Shown here: positions 13,620 to 26,223 of the stretch, piece by piece | How the letters are laid out: each line of letters starts with the position of its first letter | Position numbering within the stretch: position 1 is the stretch's first letter | NCBI GenBank assembly: GCA_013239625.1 | Contig: MU053379.1 | Span: forward strand, 194,490 to 258,489 | Origin: Lama guanicoe | Lineage: Eukaryota | Length of the DNA: 64,000 nucleotides | Direction of reading: 5' to 3' | The notes under the pieces: model-generated | What the model was told of the DNA's origin: nothing | Database searches by the model: none | Seen by the model: only the letters and a program-made list of their open reading frames with translations | Made by a program: the position numbers and the translations under genes

Positions 13620-14060
13620 TTAAAGCACAAGGTCTGACAACGGCCATGAGCTTGTTCGTGGTGGGGCCCTCCCCCTCCCCCCCTTACCTCGCTGAGTCCT
13701 GCTTGCTTTGCACTCATCCCCCATGACCAGCAGTCTGTAACCCTTGCTCTCCCGTCCCTTTGCCTGAGCCTGTGCTGCTGCCAGGCAGGCACTGTCCTTC
13801 CCCCATCACTGCCCTCAGCAGATGTGGGTCCCCCTCTCCATGGAGCCCTCCCTGCTCTCCCGGCTAAGGGGACAGCTCCCTCTTACGTTCCATTTTTTGT
13901 GACACGTATCATTTCCACTCCACATCCTAGTTATTCATGCACATGCTCTCCTATGAGGCTAGGAGCCATGCCCGATTCAACCTGGTGTTCCTTCACATCC
14001 CCAGCCCACTGCTTTGCACGTTGTAAGTTCTCTACTAATATTTGTTGAGTGAATAAAGGA
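13620..14060 (+). mobile_element. L2 LINE 3' end
   Basis: Degenerate L2 tail ending cacatccccagccc...taatatttgttgagtgaataaa. Confidence 0.6.
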
Positions 14061-15035
14061 AATAATGATAATGTCTGTGTGACTTCCTGTCTAGGAGTAT
14101 TTTTGCTTTAAATGTGTTTTGAAAGGTGGCATGGGGAGACCAAAGTAGCCAGGTATTTTTCAGCAAACAAGTCTGGCTGCAAACACCAGCTAGACCATAT
14201 GCTGTCATTCAGCACATCTTCTATTTCACTTCCTTTCAGTGTGTTCATCTCTAAAGGGGACATTTCTCTATATGGCACACATGTAACTTATACAATATTG
14301 TATATCAACTATTCTTCAATAGAAAGGAAGGAAGTAGAGGAAGGAAGGAAGGAAAAAAGAAGGGAAGAAAATAGAAAGAGAGACTGCATTTGCATAGGAC
14401 CCCAAATGAATTTGATTTGGTGTCCTAAAAATAAAACAATAAAGTGGGTATTTCCACCTATTTTTATAGGGTTGTTGTATGGATTAGAGTCAGTAGCACG
14501 TGGAAAACACCTACACACAGGCGACCCTGTAAAATGTTGGTTCCCCTCTCCCTGTAGCTGCCTGAATGGAAATGCTTAACCTAGACAAATAAAGTTCTAA
14601 CAGGAGAATTGTAAGCAACGGAGGCACGTGGCGGGGACAGCCACCTCTGTGGCAAGCGCTGTCCCTCACCACCCGGGGGTAAACAGCCAGCTCTTCTCCC
14701 CACCCCAGGCCGTGAGTGCGTGGAGAAGCAAGGTGGCAAGAGTCTCAGGAGTTCCAGTCCATGGAGCTGATGTGATCGCTCCAGACCCCAGCCTTGCAGT
14801 GTGAACGCAAAGGCGCACCGGCTGGTACAGCCAACCTGGCTCCATCAGTTTCCTGCTGCCAAGCCACCTGAGCCACAGAGGGACACCACATGTGAAGTTT
14901 GATTCAGTTCAACAGGTACTTTGATATGCAGCTGCTCCCTGCTGATCCACAGAGTGTGGTCCCCGACCTTCAGGTGTTGGCCCCACCTGCACAGACAGTG
15001 ACAACGCAGGGCCAGGAGAGCAGTGACCCGCAGGC

Positions 15036-15683
15036 ACAAGGAGCTCGTCCTTCCTGGATTCCACATTTGCAAGTTCACCTCCTCAATGCAATCTGTTACT
15101 GCAGCACCAGTTCTCATGTTTTCCTGCTCACTCACAGACAGGTGCAGAGTGGGGGCAAATCTGACTCCCTCGACACGCACATGCCCAGGTGAGGTGAACC
15201 ACGTGATGCTCTACTTACTGTTTCAGTTCTCATACTGTAAACAAACACTCTTTTCATGGTCTCTGTACTATGCCACCTCTTCCACATTTTTTTGTGCTTT
15301 TTTCTCTGTGATTTTACTGTTCAGAATAGCCCCCTAGCCTAGCGCTGAAGGGCTGTCCAGTGTTCCTAAGCACAAGAAGACTGGGATGTGCCTTGGGAAG
15401 AAAATACGGTGTTGGGTAAGCTTCACTCAGGCATGAATTATAGTGCTATTGGCTGTGAGTTCAGTGTTAACAAATCAACAGTGTATAATAAATAAGGTGT
15501 TTTAAAACAGAAAGTCACATAAAACAAGGTACTTATTTGTAGGTTGATGAAAATGTTGTGACCAGAGGCTCACAGGAACAAAACCCTGTGTTTCCCCCAG
15601 GGGCAATGGGCCAATACTCTCTAACTCATTGTTCTTGGTGATTTACAGAACACAACTACAGCGAATACTATAAGCACCGACTA
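15036..15683 (-). mobile_element. MER82-like TcMar-Tigger MITE, near full length
   Basis: Contains gttcctaagcacaagaag, gatgaaaatgttgtgaccagaggctcacaggaac and actacagcgaata; about 650 bp with degenerate terminal inverted repeats. Confidence 0.8.
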
Positions 15684-15984
15684 CGCTCTGTTATAAAGTA
15701 CAGTTCAAGGTTGGAAGTGATGGATGCAGCTGGGGAGACACAGACGAGGACATTTCTTAAATGGCAAGACTGGGCATTGTCTCGCTGCTGGACAGTCGAT
15801 GGCAGTGGAGCATAAGGAGATTAGAGCTTTACACTCTGGTGCCTGCGAGAAGGACGAATTTGGGGAAGGGTGTTGGCAAATGGGGTCTGGTTTAAAACTA
15901 CTCTCCAGGAACCTTTTACCTGCATCAGCCAGCCACACACAATGTGTGGGTGCACGTACACATCTGAAAATATGATTCTCTGTG

Positions 15985-16352
15985 TGCTATGAACTGAATT
16001 GTGTCCTCCTGCCCCCACATTCACACACTGAATCCCTAAACCTAAATGTGACGGTGGTAGGAGGTGGGGCCTTTGGGAGGTGATTAAGTTCAGATGAGGT
16101 CAAAAGGGTGGAGCCCTCGTGATGGTATTAGCGCCCTTACAGGAGAAGCAGTCTCTCTCTCTTCCTGCCAGGGGAGGATGCAGGGAAAAGGCAGCTGCCT
16201 ACAAGCCAGAAGAGAGCTCTCACCAGAAACCCACCGTGCTGGTGCCTGGATCTGGGACTTCTAGCCTTCAGAGCTGTAAGAGTATACATTTCTGTTGTTT
16301 CAGTCACTAGAGCTATTTTATTTTGTTATGGCAGCCTGAGCAGACTAAGGCA
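15985..16352 (+). mobile_element. MLT1A0-like solo LTR
   Basis: Starts TGCTATGAACTGAATTGTGTCC, contains ggtggggcctttgggaggtgatta, ends tttgttatggcagcctgagcagactaaggca. Confidence 0.88.
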
Positions 16353-16609
16353 GCATGCAAACAAACTGCAAAAAAAATGATTTCAGAGAAAATGTAGGCA
16401 GGCATCTTTTTTTTTTTTTTTTGGTTGGGCTAAAAATCAATCTGGGGATTGGTACGATCATGTTTCTACTGAAAAACCCACCATGAGATGAAAAGCAATT
16501 GGATATTTTCTAATTTGAATTATTTCCTTTATCTGATTAATTACCCCCCCAATGCATATTCACATTCAGATTCATACACTTCTCTCTGCTTTGGGACACA
16601 TTAAAAAGA

Positions 16610-16800
16610 GCAATGGGTTGGGAAGCAGGTGATTTGAGTTCAAGCCCCAGTTTTGCCTCCGGCTAAATGGCACCTCTGTGCCTCAGTTTCTCAATGCTTA
16701 AAAGAGGACAATAATGTTGTGTCAGCTCAACCCAGATCATAGGGTCATTGCTGTGAGATGAGCAGACCATAGATGTAACAAAAAAAAGTTAAAAGGCTAT
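16610..16800 (+). mobile_element. MIR SINE
   Basis: gagttcaagccccagttttgcc...cctctgtgcctcagtttctc. Confidence 0.7.
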
Positions 16801-18289
16801 ATAGATGCAAAATACGAACATGGCAGAAATAGAAATTGCTTCTCAACTGCTGGGAATCCAAGCCTGAAATAATTCTTGGAAGCAAGAAAGTCATCTGGGA
16901 CTTCATAAGTGTCACATTGCTCTTCATGGTTTAAGAACACCAGAGAAGCCAAGACAAGTCATTCCTACCACTTGATAATAATTGTTTTTATGGAACTCCA
17001 TTTTGACACTCATCTGTATGACAAATATACCCCTGTGCAAACTAGGTCCTGCTTCAGCTAAAAAAAGTATGGCTCTGAAGGTTTGGGGAGGTGCCCAGCA
17101 GCAAAGGTCTAATCCCTGCCTTTGAGAAGATAAGGATGCAGTTGGGAACAAGAGAGTGATACTCAGAGCTGCTCAATAGAGCAGGGAAGCAGTACAAGCG
17201 ATGTCACAGGCAGATATGTGACAAGTGCTGACAGTGTGTCAAGATTTCAGAGAAGAAAGCGATGAGTGAAAGCTGAACTCATCATTGAATTTCCTGTGGA
17301 GAAGAAAGGACTTGATGATTGACTAGGATTTGGATAGGAAAAGAGAGCAAGGCTGGCTTTGCAAGTAGAAGGAATAGGGGTTCAGGAAGTTATGTGCAAA
17401 TCAACTCGCTGAAACCGCCCAGGGAGAGTCTCAGGGTACCATGTAATTCATAGTAAATTGGGCTCAGATCGGGACCATGAACACACTGATTACAAAGCTC
17501 AGGCCACAGCCCCCACTCCTGCTTCCTTTTGGGTCACAGGGCCTTCAGACTGCATGAACCCTTGAAATTATAATTTAAAACAGTGAATTTCCTGCCCACA
17601 GTGAATTCCATGAGGCATGGGCACCTTCTGAGGTATATCAGTAGGTCTTGCCCTAAACTGAAGACACATGGCCAGAAAAGTTTAGGAACCACCACATACC
17701 ATACCCCTAATGGAGACTTTCAATACACACCGTAGATTTGCCAGATTGATTTTGGTAACTCGGCCCCGGTCCTACCCCCATTTTTATGACTGAAAGATTC
17801 TTTGATGGCGGGACACAACACAGGGCTGCTTGTCTGGATGAAAGCAAAATTCCGTTACTTACAGCTTCAAAGCAGAGAAGGCTGCCATGCAGGGCCATGC
17901 AGAGGGCTGCGCCTGGGCACAGAATAACAGCAAACTAGAGATGCTGGGAGCAGCTTCTGTATGACAAGCAGGCTGGGGTTTGCTAGATTTCACAGGCTTT
18001 CTGTGAACTGGCTAATTTGAATAATTTTATGGGCTCCAGAGTATAGGGGCTGTCCTTCACTGTCTGGTCCCTGACCCCAGGCAGTTTCAGTGAGTGTATA
18101 ATGTCCAGGAGTGTGAGATCCTGGTAAGGAAAAGGACTGGGGTGTGGACTTAACCAGGGGACACCGACAGGCTTCTAGCCAGGGCCTCAAAACTGGCTTA
18201 AGACGGTAATTCCCAAAACAGCAACAACAAAACATATCACTCCCACTTGTGATCTCTGCAAAATTTAGGAACTAGAAGCCTGATAACTA

Positions 18290-18672
18290 CATCAGTAAGA
18301 TTCCCTAAGGGACAGAGCTCTGATGAGCTGCTGCCTTGGAGAGACACTTACCCAAGAAATAAAAGGCAGGAGGGAGAGAAGATCTACCGTTGTTTTCCCA
18401 GCAAGTGGCAGGAGCACATAAGAGTCAGGGGATGTGAGGTTCTGTAGTCTTTCCCATATTCTCCTTTGAACATTCATCGGGGCTGGAGATGGCAGGGGTA
18501 TCTCCTGAAACTTTCCAACTCTGGGGCTCCTTGGACCTCACGGTACTTTCATCTGATCTTTGTAGCTCCAGCCCTTTCCATGGGGTTGTAAGTTCCCAAT
18601 CTCCCATAGTCAATCTTTTTCTGCTGGAATCCTAGTATGGTTTCTGCTTTCTTGACTGGGCCCCAACAGTAT
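18290..18672 (+). mobile_element. Old ERVL LTR fragment (LTR33/LTR79-like)
   Basis: 3' end ctagtatggtttctgctttcttgactgggccccaacagtata. Confidence 0.45.
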
Positions 18673-19479
18673 AGCATAGGTAAGCCCCTGAGAAGTCTTG
18701 CTGTAAAAGCAGACAAAATAGTTTAAATTAGCATTTCCCACATCTTTGATCACAGAACCCATCCCCTGAGCCTACTCCAGCCTCTGCCCCTGCAAGAAAC
18801 ACCTTCTGACATCCTGGCAAATCTGTATTCCATGGTGCACCTTTCTGGAAAACACCTAAGGGTTTGCCGATTGAGCCCGAGGAATCCAGAAACGCAGACC
18901 TAATCTCAGCTGTGTGACCTTGGATAATTCCCATCACGCCTCTGGCCTTTAATGTCTTCATTGCATCAAAAGAAGAGTTGAATGAAGTTTACCAGCCGGA
19001 GTTTTCCTAGATCTAACATTTTTCGATTCTGTGAGAAATGTTGTCCTTAAATAACAATCACGGTTCAGGTAGTAAAAACAAAAACAAAACCTACTGTATA
19101 GCTTTGCCTTCTTTTGCTTTTTGGCTTAATTTGCATGGCTTTTTTGAGATTTGAGCTAGAAAAATTCCAAGAGAACTGGCAGCAAGTAAAGAAATGCTGG
19201 GTAGCTCTTAACCAAAGTGATATGGTGCTTTTAGAATTCAGAATGTCTGTGCTGACCCCAGAAATGTGACCCTTCTAAACATGTTTGCTTTCACATTGCC
19301 AGAGCGTGGAAAAAGAGACACAAGGAAGAACTTTCCAGCATGCAAACATTTTAATAGGGAGCAATCTCTCTGTCACTGGGAACATTCAAGTGGAGACTAG
19401 ATGGCAGTTAGATTGGCAGGAGTGACAGAGAATAAGTTTTGTTTTCTCAGAGTGTTGTGGCAGAAAGGAATGGTGCAGA

Positions 19480-19605
19480 TTACCTACATTTTACAGATGA
19501 GGAAACAGAAGATCAGAGAGGCTATATGAATTTCCCAAGGTCACACAGCTAGTCAAAGGCACAACTGGGAGAAAGACCCAGGAAGTCTCCTTGTTCTCCA
19601 CTGTG
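19480..19605 (-). mobile_element. MIR SINE
   Basis: cattttacagatgaggaaacagaagatcagagagg...cccaaggtcacacagctagt. Confidence 0.8.
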
Positions 19606-20639
19606 TTATTCTGCATGCCCGGAATCCATTTTAGTTTCTTTGAGAAGAAAATTTCTCCCCCTGAACCTTTGTTTCACATCTCTTTAAAGAAGCAAAGTCA
19701 CTTAATTTGAGTTAGAAAACTCTCGAGGTTGCCCGGTACTGTGGGAGGCTGACGGGGTTGGAAAGTTTGAAATCAACCTTTAGCCCTCGGAATTCTTCTC
19801 TGAGCATCCCTGGAATGGGGACCCTGTGCTCCAGCCCTGCTGTGCCCACGGACGACAGACCAGTCCACAGGCTTCTGAGCATCCTGCATGGTACCCTGCA
19901 TCCTCAGAGTGACAGTCTCTCCTGCCTCAGTCTTGCAATGTCAGTTTGCATACACAGCTCTGCAAAACCAACCTGAATACAAGTCTCTTCTGCATTGTTT
20001 GAGAACACACCATTCCCCCAAGAGGCCACAAAAATCAGCCTGAAGGCAGTGCCATTTGTGGTGTTGGCAGCTTGAAGCTGGGGCTGGGGTTTCCTTTGCT
20101 ATCTGCTCGACAGAATCCACGTTTGCTGTCTCCATGCAGCTGGTAGTGGGTGTGTGTGGAGGGTAATGGCCTTTTCTTTTATTACTCGACTGCCTTGATT
20201 ATCCAAATGCTCTTGACGGGGAGGGGGACAAAAATTGCTGCCAAGGCAGAGAGCTGTGGCTGTGACTTTGCAGAGGAACAGGTGCCGAACGCTGATTTGA
20301 TTTTATCCTAAGCTTTTTCCCCAAACAAAACCCAAGGGTGGTCAAGGAAAAAGGAATCAAGTGCTAAAAATTTTTGAGGTTTTCCTTAGGATAATAGGCA
20401 CAAAGATGAAGTAGTCTCTAGTAAAAAATATCTGAGTTTTCAGTAAGCTATGTGTTCCAGGGTGTGGGACTCAGACCTCAAGAAAAGTTCTCACAGCGAG
20501 GAAGCTAGGGACAGTCGGAAAAAGCAGCCCTGACTTTCTGACAGACTGTGCCTGGGGATTTTGCTAAGTCAAAAGGGCAGGTTGGATTAGGAGAGTTTGG
20601 GCTTTATACCTCCCCACTTTGGGAGTTAACACAAAGCAC

Positions 20640-21540
20640 TACCTTTAATCCTGCTCTGATCCCTTTGCCCCCACATTGTAATGACCACGGGGTCTGTTGA
20701 CAGTTGCTCTTTGATTCCACATCCATGGTCACTCCCTAGTTCAGTTCATCACCATCACTTGCCTTTTCCTTGTATTACTGGTTTCTCACTGGCTCACTAC
20801 CTCCATTCTCAAGAAGCTGCAATTGGCGCCTGGAGATAATCTTCTCAAGCCCAGATTTAACTCCGTGAGTCCCCTATTCAAAAACCCTCTGGTATATCAA
20901 TGCTCAAGGCCTTTCATGATCTGCCAATTCTCCTCCCTCCTGACCTAACCTCAGAGCAGACTCCTTCTCCAATCTTGTGTCTGTCTGCTCTCTGAGACCT
21001 CTGAACCTTCAGAGGACAGATGTGGTTTCATCCGCACTCTTCATACTTAAGGACTGTCAAACACACGACCAGGGTTTAGCAGTGTGTTCCCACCTTTTGT
21101 TGCTGTCCTCTTTATGGACAAAGGGAGTGTCATGATTTCTCCTCTGGATAGGATGAGTGGCTTGAAAGAGGCTTACTTATTCCTCTGCTAGGCATCTGTT
21201 TAGACAGCAGACTCTCCACTAGTTTCCCAGGATACACTAGTAAAGTGGACAAGCAAGATCCTTGCCTGAGAGGAGCTTGAATTTCAGCAGGAGATGTAGA
21301 AAACCAATAGGTAACTAAATAAAAATGATAAATATGGATGGAAATTACCCATGTGGTATGTTATTTCAGAATAGGGAAGGGTGCTATGTAGACTCACCAA
21401 GCAAGGGCTCTATGGCAAGATGTTATTTAACTTGAAGTATAAAGAATGAGAAAAATATTCTTACAGAGGACTGTTTTAGGAGAGGGAATGGACCTGGAGG
21501 TTCAGCATTGTAGCAGGCAGACCACACACAGTAACAAAGG
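20640..21540. mobile_element. Degenerate L2 fragments, both orientations
   Basis: ctagttcagttcatcaccatcacttgcc and caaggcctttcatgatctg on +; gacaagcaagatccttgcctgagaggagctt on -. Confidence 0.5.
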
Positions 21541-21611
21541 GCACTGTACCAGCTGACTCCTCCCTCCTTCTGGGAGAGAGAAAACAGAGGAAATCTCACT
21601 AGACAATTTGC

Positions 21612-21716
21612 CATCCCTCCTTCTTCTGTTCAGCATTGTAGTTGAAGTCCTAGCCAATGCATTAAGGCAAGAAAAAGAAATAAAGGGTATAAATATTGGA
21701 AAAAAAGATATCACAT
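21612..21716 (+). mobile_element. Short L1 ORF2 (RT region) fragment
   Basis: Translates [30 protein letters not shown]. Confidence 0.8.
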
Positions 21717-21720
21717 ACGT

Positions 21721-22270
21721 TGTGATTTAACAGAAATATATATCTGGCCATTCTGATGATCAAAATATATTTCTCATATATATTTGGTCTTCATCCATGG
21801 TTCCTAGACCCAGCTCCCTAAACCCTTAGAATTTAGTAAGTGATAAGAGCAATGAGAGCAGCTTTTGTCATATTTGATCACTTGTCCTCAGTTTTTGAAA
21901 TCACTTTAGAGCCATAGGGTGAAGTGGGTGTCTTGTTTGTTATTTATAACCAGCCCCTTTCCATCATAACTGGGTTTATATTAATGAAGTAGAAAACACC
22001 CAAGGAGGGGGACTGGTTGCCAGGAAAACCAACCAGGAATAGAAGGTTGGAACTTTCAGTCCCACTCCTTCTGGTGAGGGGAGAGAGAATTGAGGTCGAA
22101 TCAATCACCAATGGGCAATTATTTAATCAACCATACCTATGTGATGATGATATCTCTACAAGAATCCAAAAGGAGGGGGTTTGGTGAGCTTGCAAGTTGG
22201 TAAACATGTAGAAATTTGGGGAGAGTGGTAAACTCTCAGAGAGCATGGAAACTCTGAACCCTTTTCCCCT
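21721..22270 (+). mobile_element. MER21-like LTR, 3'-truncated
   Basis: Starts TGTGAT; contains aaacccttagaattt..gtgataagag, ggttggaactttcagtcccac and aatcaccaatgggcaattatttaatcaaccatacctatgt. Confidence 0.8.
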
Positions 22271-22301
22271 TGTTTTCCAGTTCTTTTTTTGTCCTTGTTT
22301 C

Positions 22302-22327
22302 TTTTTTTTTTTTTTTTTTTTTTTTTT
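22302..22327. repeat. poly(T)26
   Basis: Direct count. Confidence 0.95.
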
Positions 22328-23699
22328 ATAAATGATCTTCACCTGCTTCCCTGGTGTTTTTCCTCTGTATTCCCTCTGTTCCTTAGAAAAGCAAGGGATA
22401 TATTTATGACCACAAATCCCCCTTTCTGGGAAATTCACTTCTCTGTAATCCTTCACTAAACCCCTAATAATGGGCAAGTAGTTAAGGAGGAAAGGTCATA
22501 GGTAAATAGAGACATGACTGAATAAATACACAGTGAATGATGAATTGATTTGAAAGAAGTGCCCCAGCAGGGTGCTGCCTGTGGTACGTGCTCCATGAAC
22601 CACATTAACATTACTCATAGAACACCTTGCTTGCTCCATCTCCTAAGAGTTTTAAGTATTAATTAATGAGCAATTAGTTCAGGCTCATGAGTTACTGCTC
22701 TAATAAAATGGGTGTTGAAGCACGAATCACAACCAGTTTGAGTGTGTTATTGCTATTCTAACAGACCTCTTTAATTCAACAATTAGGAAGCATGAATTGT
22801 AGTTTAATAGACATAACTTGATGATATAAAATTGTTCATCTGGTATGAGCCATTTATCTTCATTAATACATCTCAGGTCACATGGAAAATGACTCTTTTC
22901 AGATGGACCTATAAAAGCTGTGTGTGTTTCCTCACTGCCCTCTAACTACCTGCACTGGGAGACCTGTGGGGAGGTTTCTCTGATGCAGTCTGTTATCAAT
23001 CCTGTGCTCCTGGGCAAGCCACACCATCTTGTCTGTCTGAATGATTTGGTTGATATGCATGTCTTGACTGCACAATAAAATCAAGCTCTAGGCATAGAAA
23101 CCCAGTATCTATAATGACTAAAGGTTATGAATAACAAGTATTTTGAACTAAATTGAAAACTGAATTTCAATCAATGAATTGAATCAATAGCAAAATAAGA
23201 AGGCCTTCATGTGGAATTTAGTGTGTTCACATAATCTGTAGGTAATTTATTGTCATGTTTGTTTGTCTAAGTGGTGTTTCTCATTTCATTTATCCTTAGA
23301 GAATTAACAGATTTATAACTTCATAACCTTTTTCACAGACCCTCCACTGGCTTTCCAACACTACCACCATCCAGCCCTGAGAACCTCCTGAAATTCATTC
23401 ACATTTGAGTTCCACTATCATCTTTGCCATCAAAGTCCCCAGTCAACTTCTTTCTATTTTGACCTCTTCTTCAATTTCTGGTTGTATCATTCATAACCAT
23501 TTGGAAATTGCTTCCCAGAGAAATTTCGAAAATTTAACAGGTCTTACTTATACTTCCTTATTTTAAAGTATACTAATTTAGTGACAACTGCTTTGTTCTT
23601 CAAGAATTTGATGCTATACGTTGTTTTTCACTCCTTATTGGTAAAATCAGCAAAAATTTACTTTTTTTTTTGAATTTAGACATTTAGGGGCAGCCTGAC

Positions 23700-23880
23700 A
23701 ATAATGGAAATGAAAATTGATTAGGAAGGAAGTGTCCTGGGTTCCTCACCTTGCTCTGCTGATAGCTTAGCTTTCTATGAAATGATGGACAAGTTTCTAA
23801 GCCTCTCAAAATCTCACTTTACTTATCTATAAATCGAAGATAATTATACCTCTCAGGATTGCTGTTAAAATCAACTGGGG
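23700..23880 (+). mobile_element. MIR SINE abutting the L1
   Basis: cctgggttc...gctctgct...ggacaagtttctaagcctctc...tatctataaa...ataattatacctctcaggattgctgt. Confidence 0.65.
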
Positions 23881-26223
23881 AACTACAGAAAAACAAAGAA
23901 GAAAAAAATGAAAGCATGGAGATTCATCAATGATGAAATCAAAGTTGAAAATGAAAACAAAACCACACAAAATTTATGAGATGCAACAAAGGCAGTGCTA
24001 AGAGGGAAGTTTATAGTGATACAGGCCTTCCTCAGAAAAAGAGAACAATCTCAAATAAACAATCTAACCCACCAGCTAAAAGAATTAGAGGAAAAAAAAG
24101 CAAAAAACCCCAAAAGTCAGCAGAAGGAAGGAAATAAAGATCAGAGAGGAAATAAATAAAACAGAGATAAAAAAATAGAAAAAAATCAATAAAACCAAAA
24201 GCCAGTTTTTTGAAAGAGTAAATAAAATCAACAAACCTCTGGCCAAACTCACAAAGAAGAAAAAAGAGAAAGCACAAATAAGCAAAATAAGAAAGGGAAA
24301 TGGGGAAATTACAACAAATAACATAGAAATGCAGAATATCCTGTAAGAATATTATGAAAAACTGTATGGAACCAAAATGGATAATCTAGAGGAGATGGAC
24401 AAGTTTCTGGAAACATACAGTCCACCAAGACTGAACCAATAAGAAACTGACCACTTGAACAAACCGATCACTAGAAATGAAATTGAATTAACAATAAAAA
24501 ACCTTCCTACAAATAAAAGTCCAGGACTAGATGGCTTCACTAGGGAACTCTACCAAACATACAAAGAACCCATACCAGTTCTCCTCGAACTCTTCCATAA
24601 GATTGAAAAGGAGGGAATACTCCCAAACTCATTCTATGAAGCCACCATCACCCTGATACACAAACCAGGCAAAGACACTACCAAAAAAGAGAATTACAGA
24701 ACAATATCACTGATGAACATAGATGCAAAAATCATCACCAAAATATTAGCACATAGAATCCAACAGCACATAAAAAAGATTACACATCATGACCAAGTGG
24801 GGTTCATCCCAGGGACACAAGGGTGGTTCAACATACGCAAATCAATCAATGTAATACATCACATCAACAAGAGAAAGGACAAAAACCACGTGATCATCTC
24901 AGTAGATGCAGAAAAAGCATTTGATAAAATTCAACACCCATTTATGATAAAAACTCTCACCAAAGTGGGTATAGAGGAAACATATCTCAACATAATAAAA
25001 GCTATATATGACAAACCTACAACCAGCATAGTACTCAACGGTGAAAAACTCAAAAGCTTCCCACTAAAATCTGGGATAAGACAAGGATGCCCACTATCAC
25101 CACTCTTAGTCAACATAGACTTGGAAGTCCTAGCCACAGCAATCAGGCAGGAGAGAGAAATCAAAGGGATCCAAATTGGAAAAGAAGAGGTAAAAGTGTC
25201 AGTATATGTCGATGACATGTTACTATATGTAGAAAACCCTAAAAGGTCCACACAAAAACTACTAGAGCTGATCAAAGAATACAGCAAGGTAGCAGGTTAC
25301 AAGATTAATGTTCAAAAATCAGTTGCATTTCTTTACACTAACAAGGAATCAACAGAAAAAGAAGGTAAAGAAACAATCCCCTTTAAAAAAGCACGCAAAG
25401 TAATAAAATACCTAGGAGTAAATCTAACCAAGGAGGTGAAAGACTTATATATGGAGAACTATAAAACATTGATGAAGGAAATTAGAGAAGACTTTAAAAA
25501 ATGGAAAGATATCCCATGGTCCTGGATTGGAAGAATCAATATTGTTAAAGTGGTCACACTGCCCAAGGCAATCTAAAGATTCAATGCAGTCCCTATCAAA
25601 TTACCTAGGACACAGAACTAGAACAAATCATTATAAAATTTACATGGAACTACAAAAGACCTAGAATTGCCAAAGCATTACTGAAGAAAAAGAAAGAGGC
25701 TGGAGGAATAACTCTCCTACACTTCAGAAAATACTATAGAGTTACAGTAATCAAAACAGTATGGTATTGGTACAAAAACAGACATGTGGGCCGTTGGAAC
25801 AGAATAGAGAGCCCAGAAATGAACCCACAAACTTTTGGTCAACTAATCTTTGACAAAGGAGGCAAGAATATACAATGGAATAAAGACAGTCTCTTCAGCA
25901 AATGGTGTTGGGAAAACTGGACAGCAGCATGTAAAGCAATGAAGCTAGAACACTCCCTTACACCATACACAAAAATAAACTCAAAATGAATCAAAGACTT
26001 AAACATAAGACAAGATACAATAAACCTCCTAGGAGAAAAGATAGGAAGAACATTATCTGACATACATCTCAAAACTGTTTTCCTAGGGCAGTCTACCCAA
26101 GCAATAGAAATAAAAGCAAGAATAAACAAATGGGGCCTGATGAAACTTACAAGCTTCTGCACAGCAAAGGAAACCATAAGTAAAACAAAAAGACAACCTA
26201 CAGAATGGGAGAAAATTTTTGCA
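23881..26223 (+). mobile_element. Relatively young L1, internal ORF2 fragment truncated at both ends
   Basis: Continuous ORF2 similarity from KAVLRGKFI through the RT domain to KRQPTEWEKIFA; no 3' UTR, poly(A) or TSD. Confidence 0.97.
24455..25576 (+). pseudogene. L1 ORF2 reverse transcriptase domain remnant (373-codon open stretch)
   Basis: Motifs [52 protein letters not shown]. The stretch begins at TTG, is bounded by premature stops (about 24440 and 25574) and is followed by a frameshifting deletion near 25610. Confidence 0.95.

Noticed and set aside
22127..22477. ORF with a poly-lysine run
   Set aside because: It is the translation of the poly(T) tract plus LTR sequence.
24455..25576. 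373-aa RT ORF as an active or domesticated gene, or a novel RT system
   Set aside because: It is plain L1 ORF2 with no ATG start, bounded by stops and frameshifts, lacking a promoter, ORF1 and an intact endonuclease domain.
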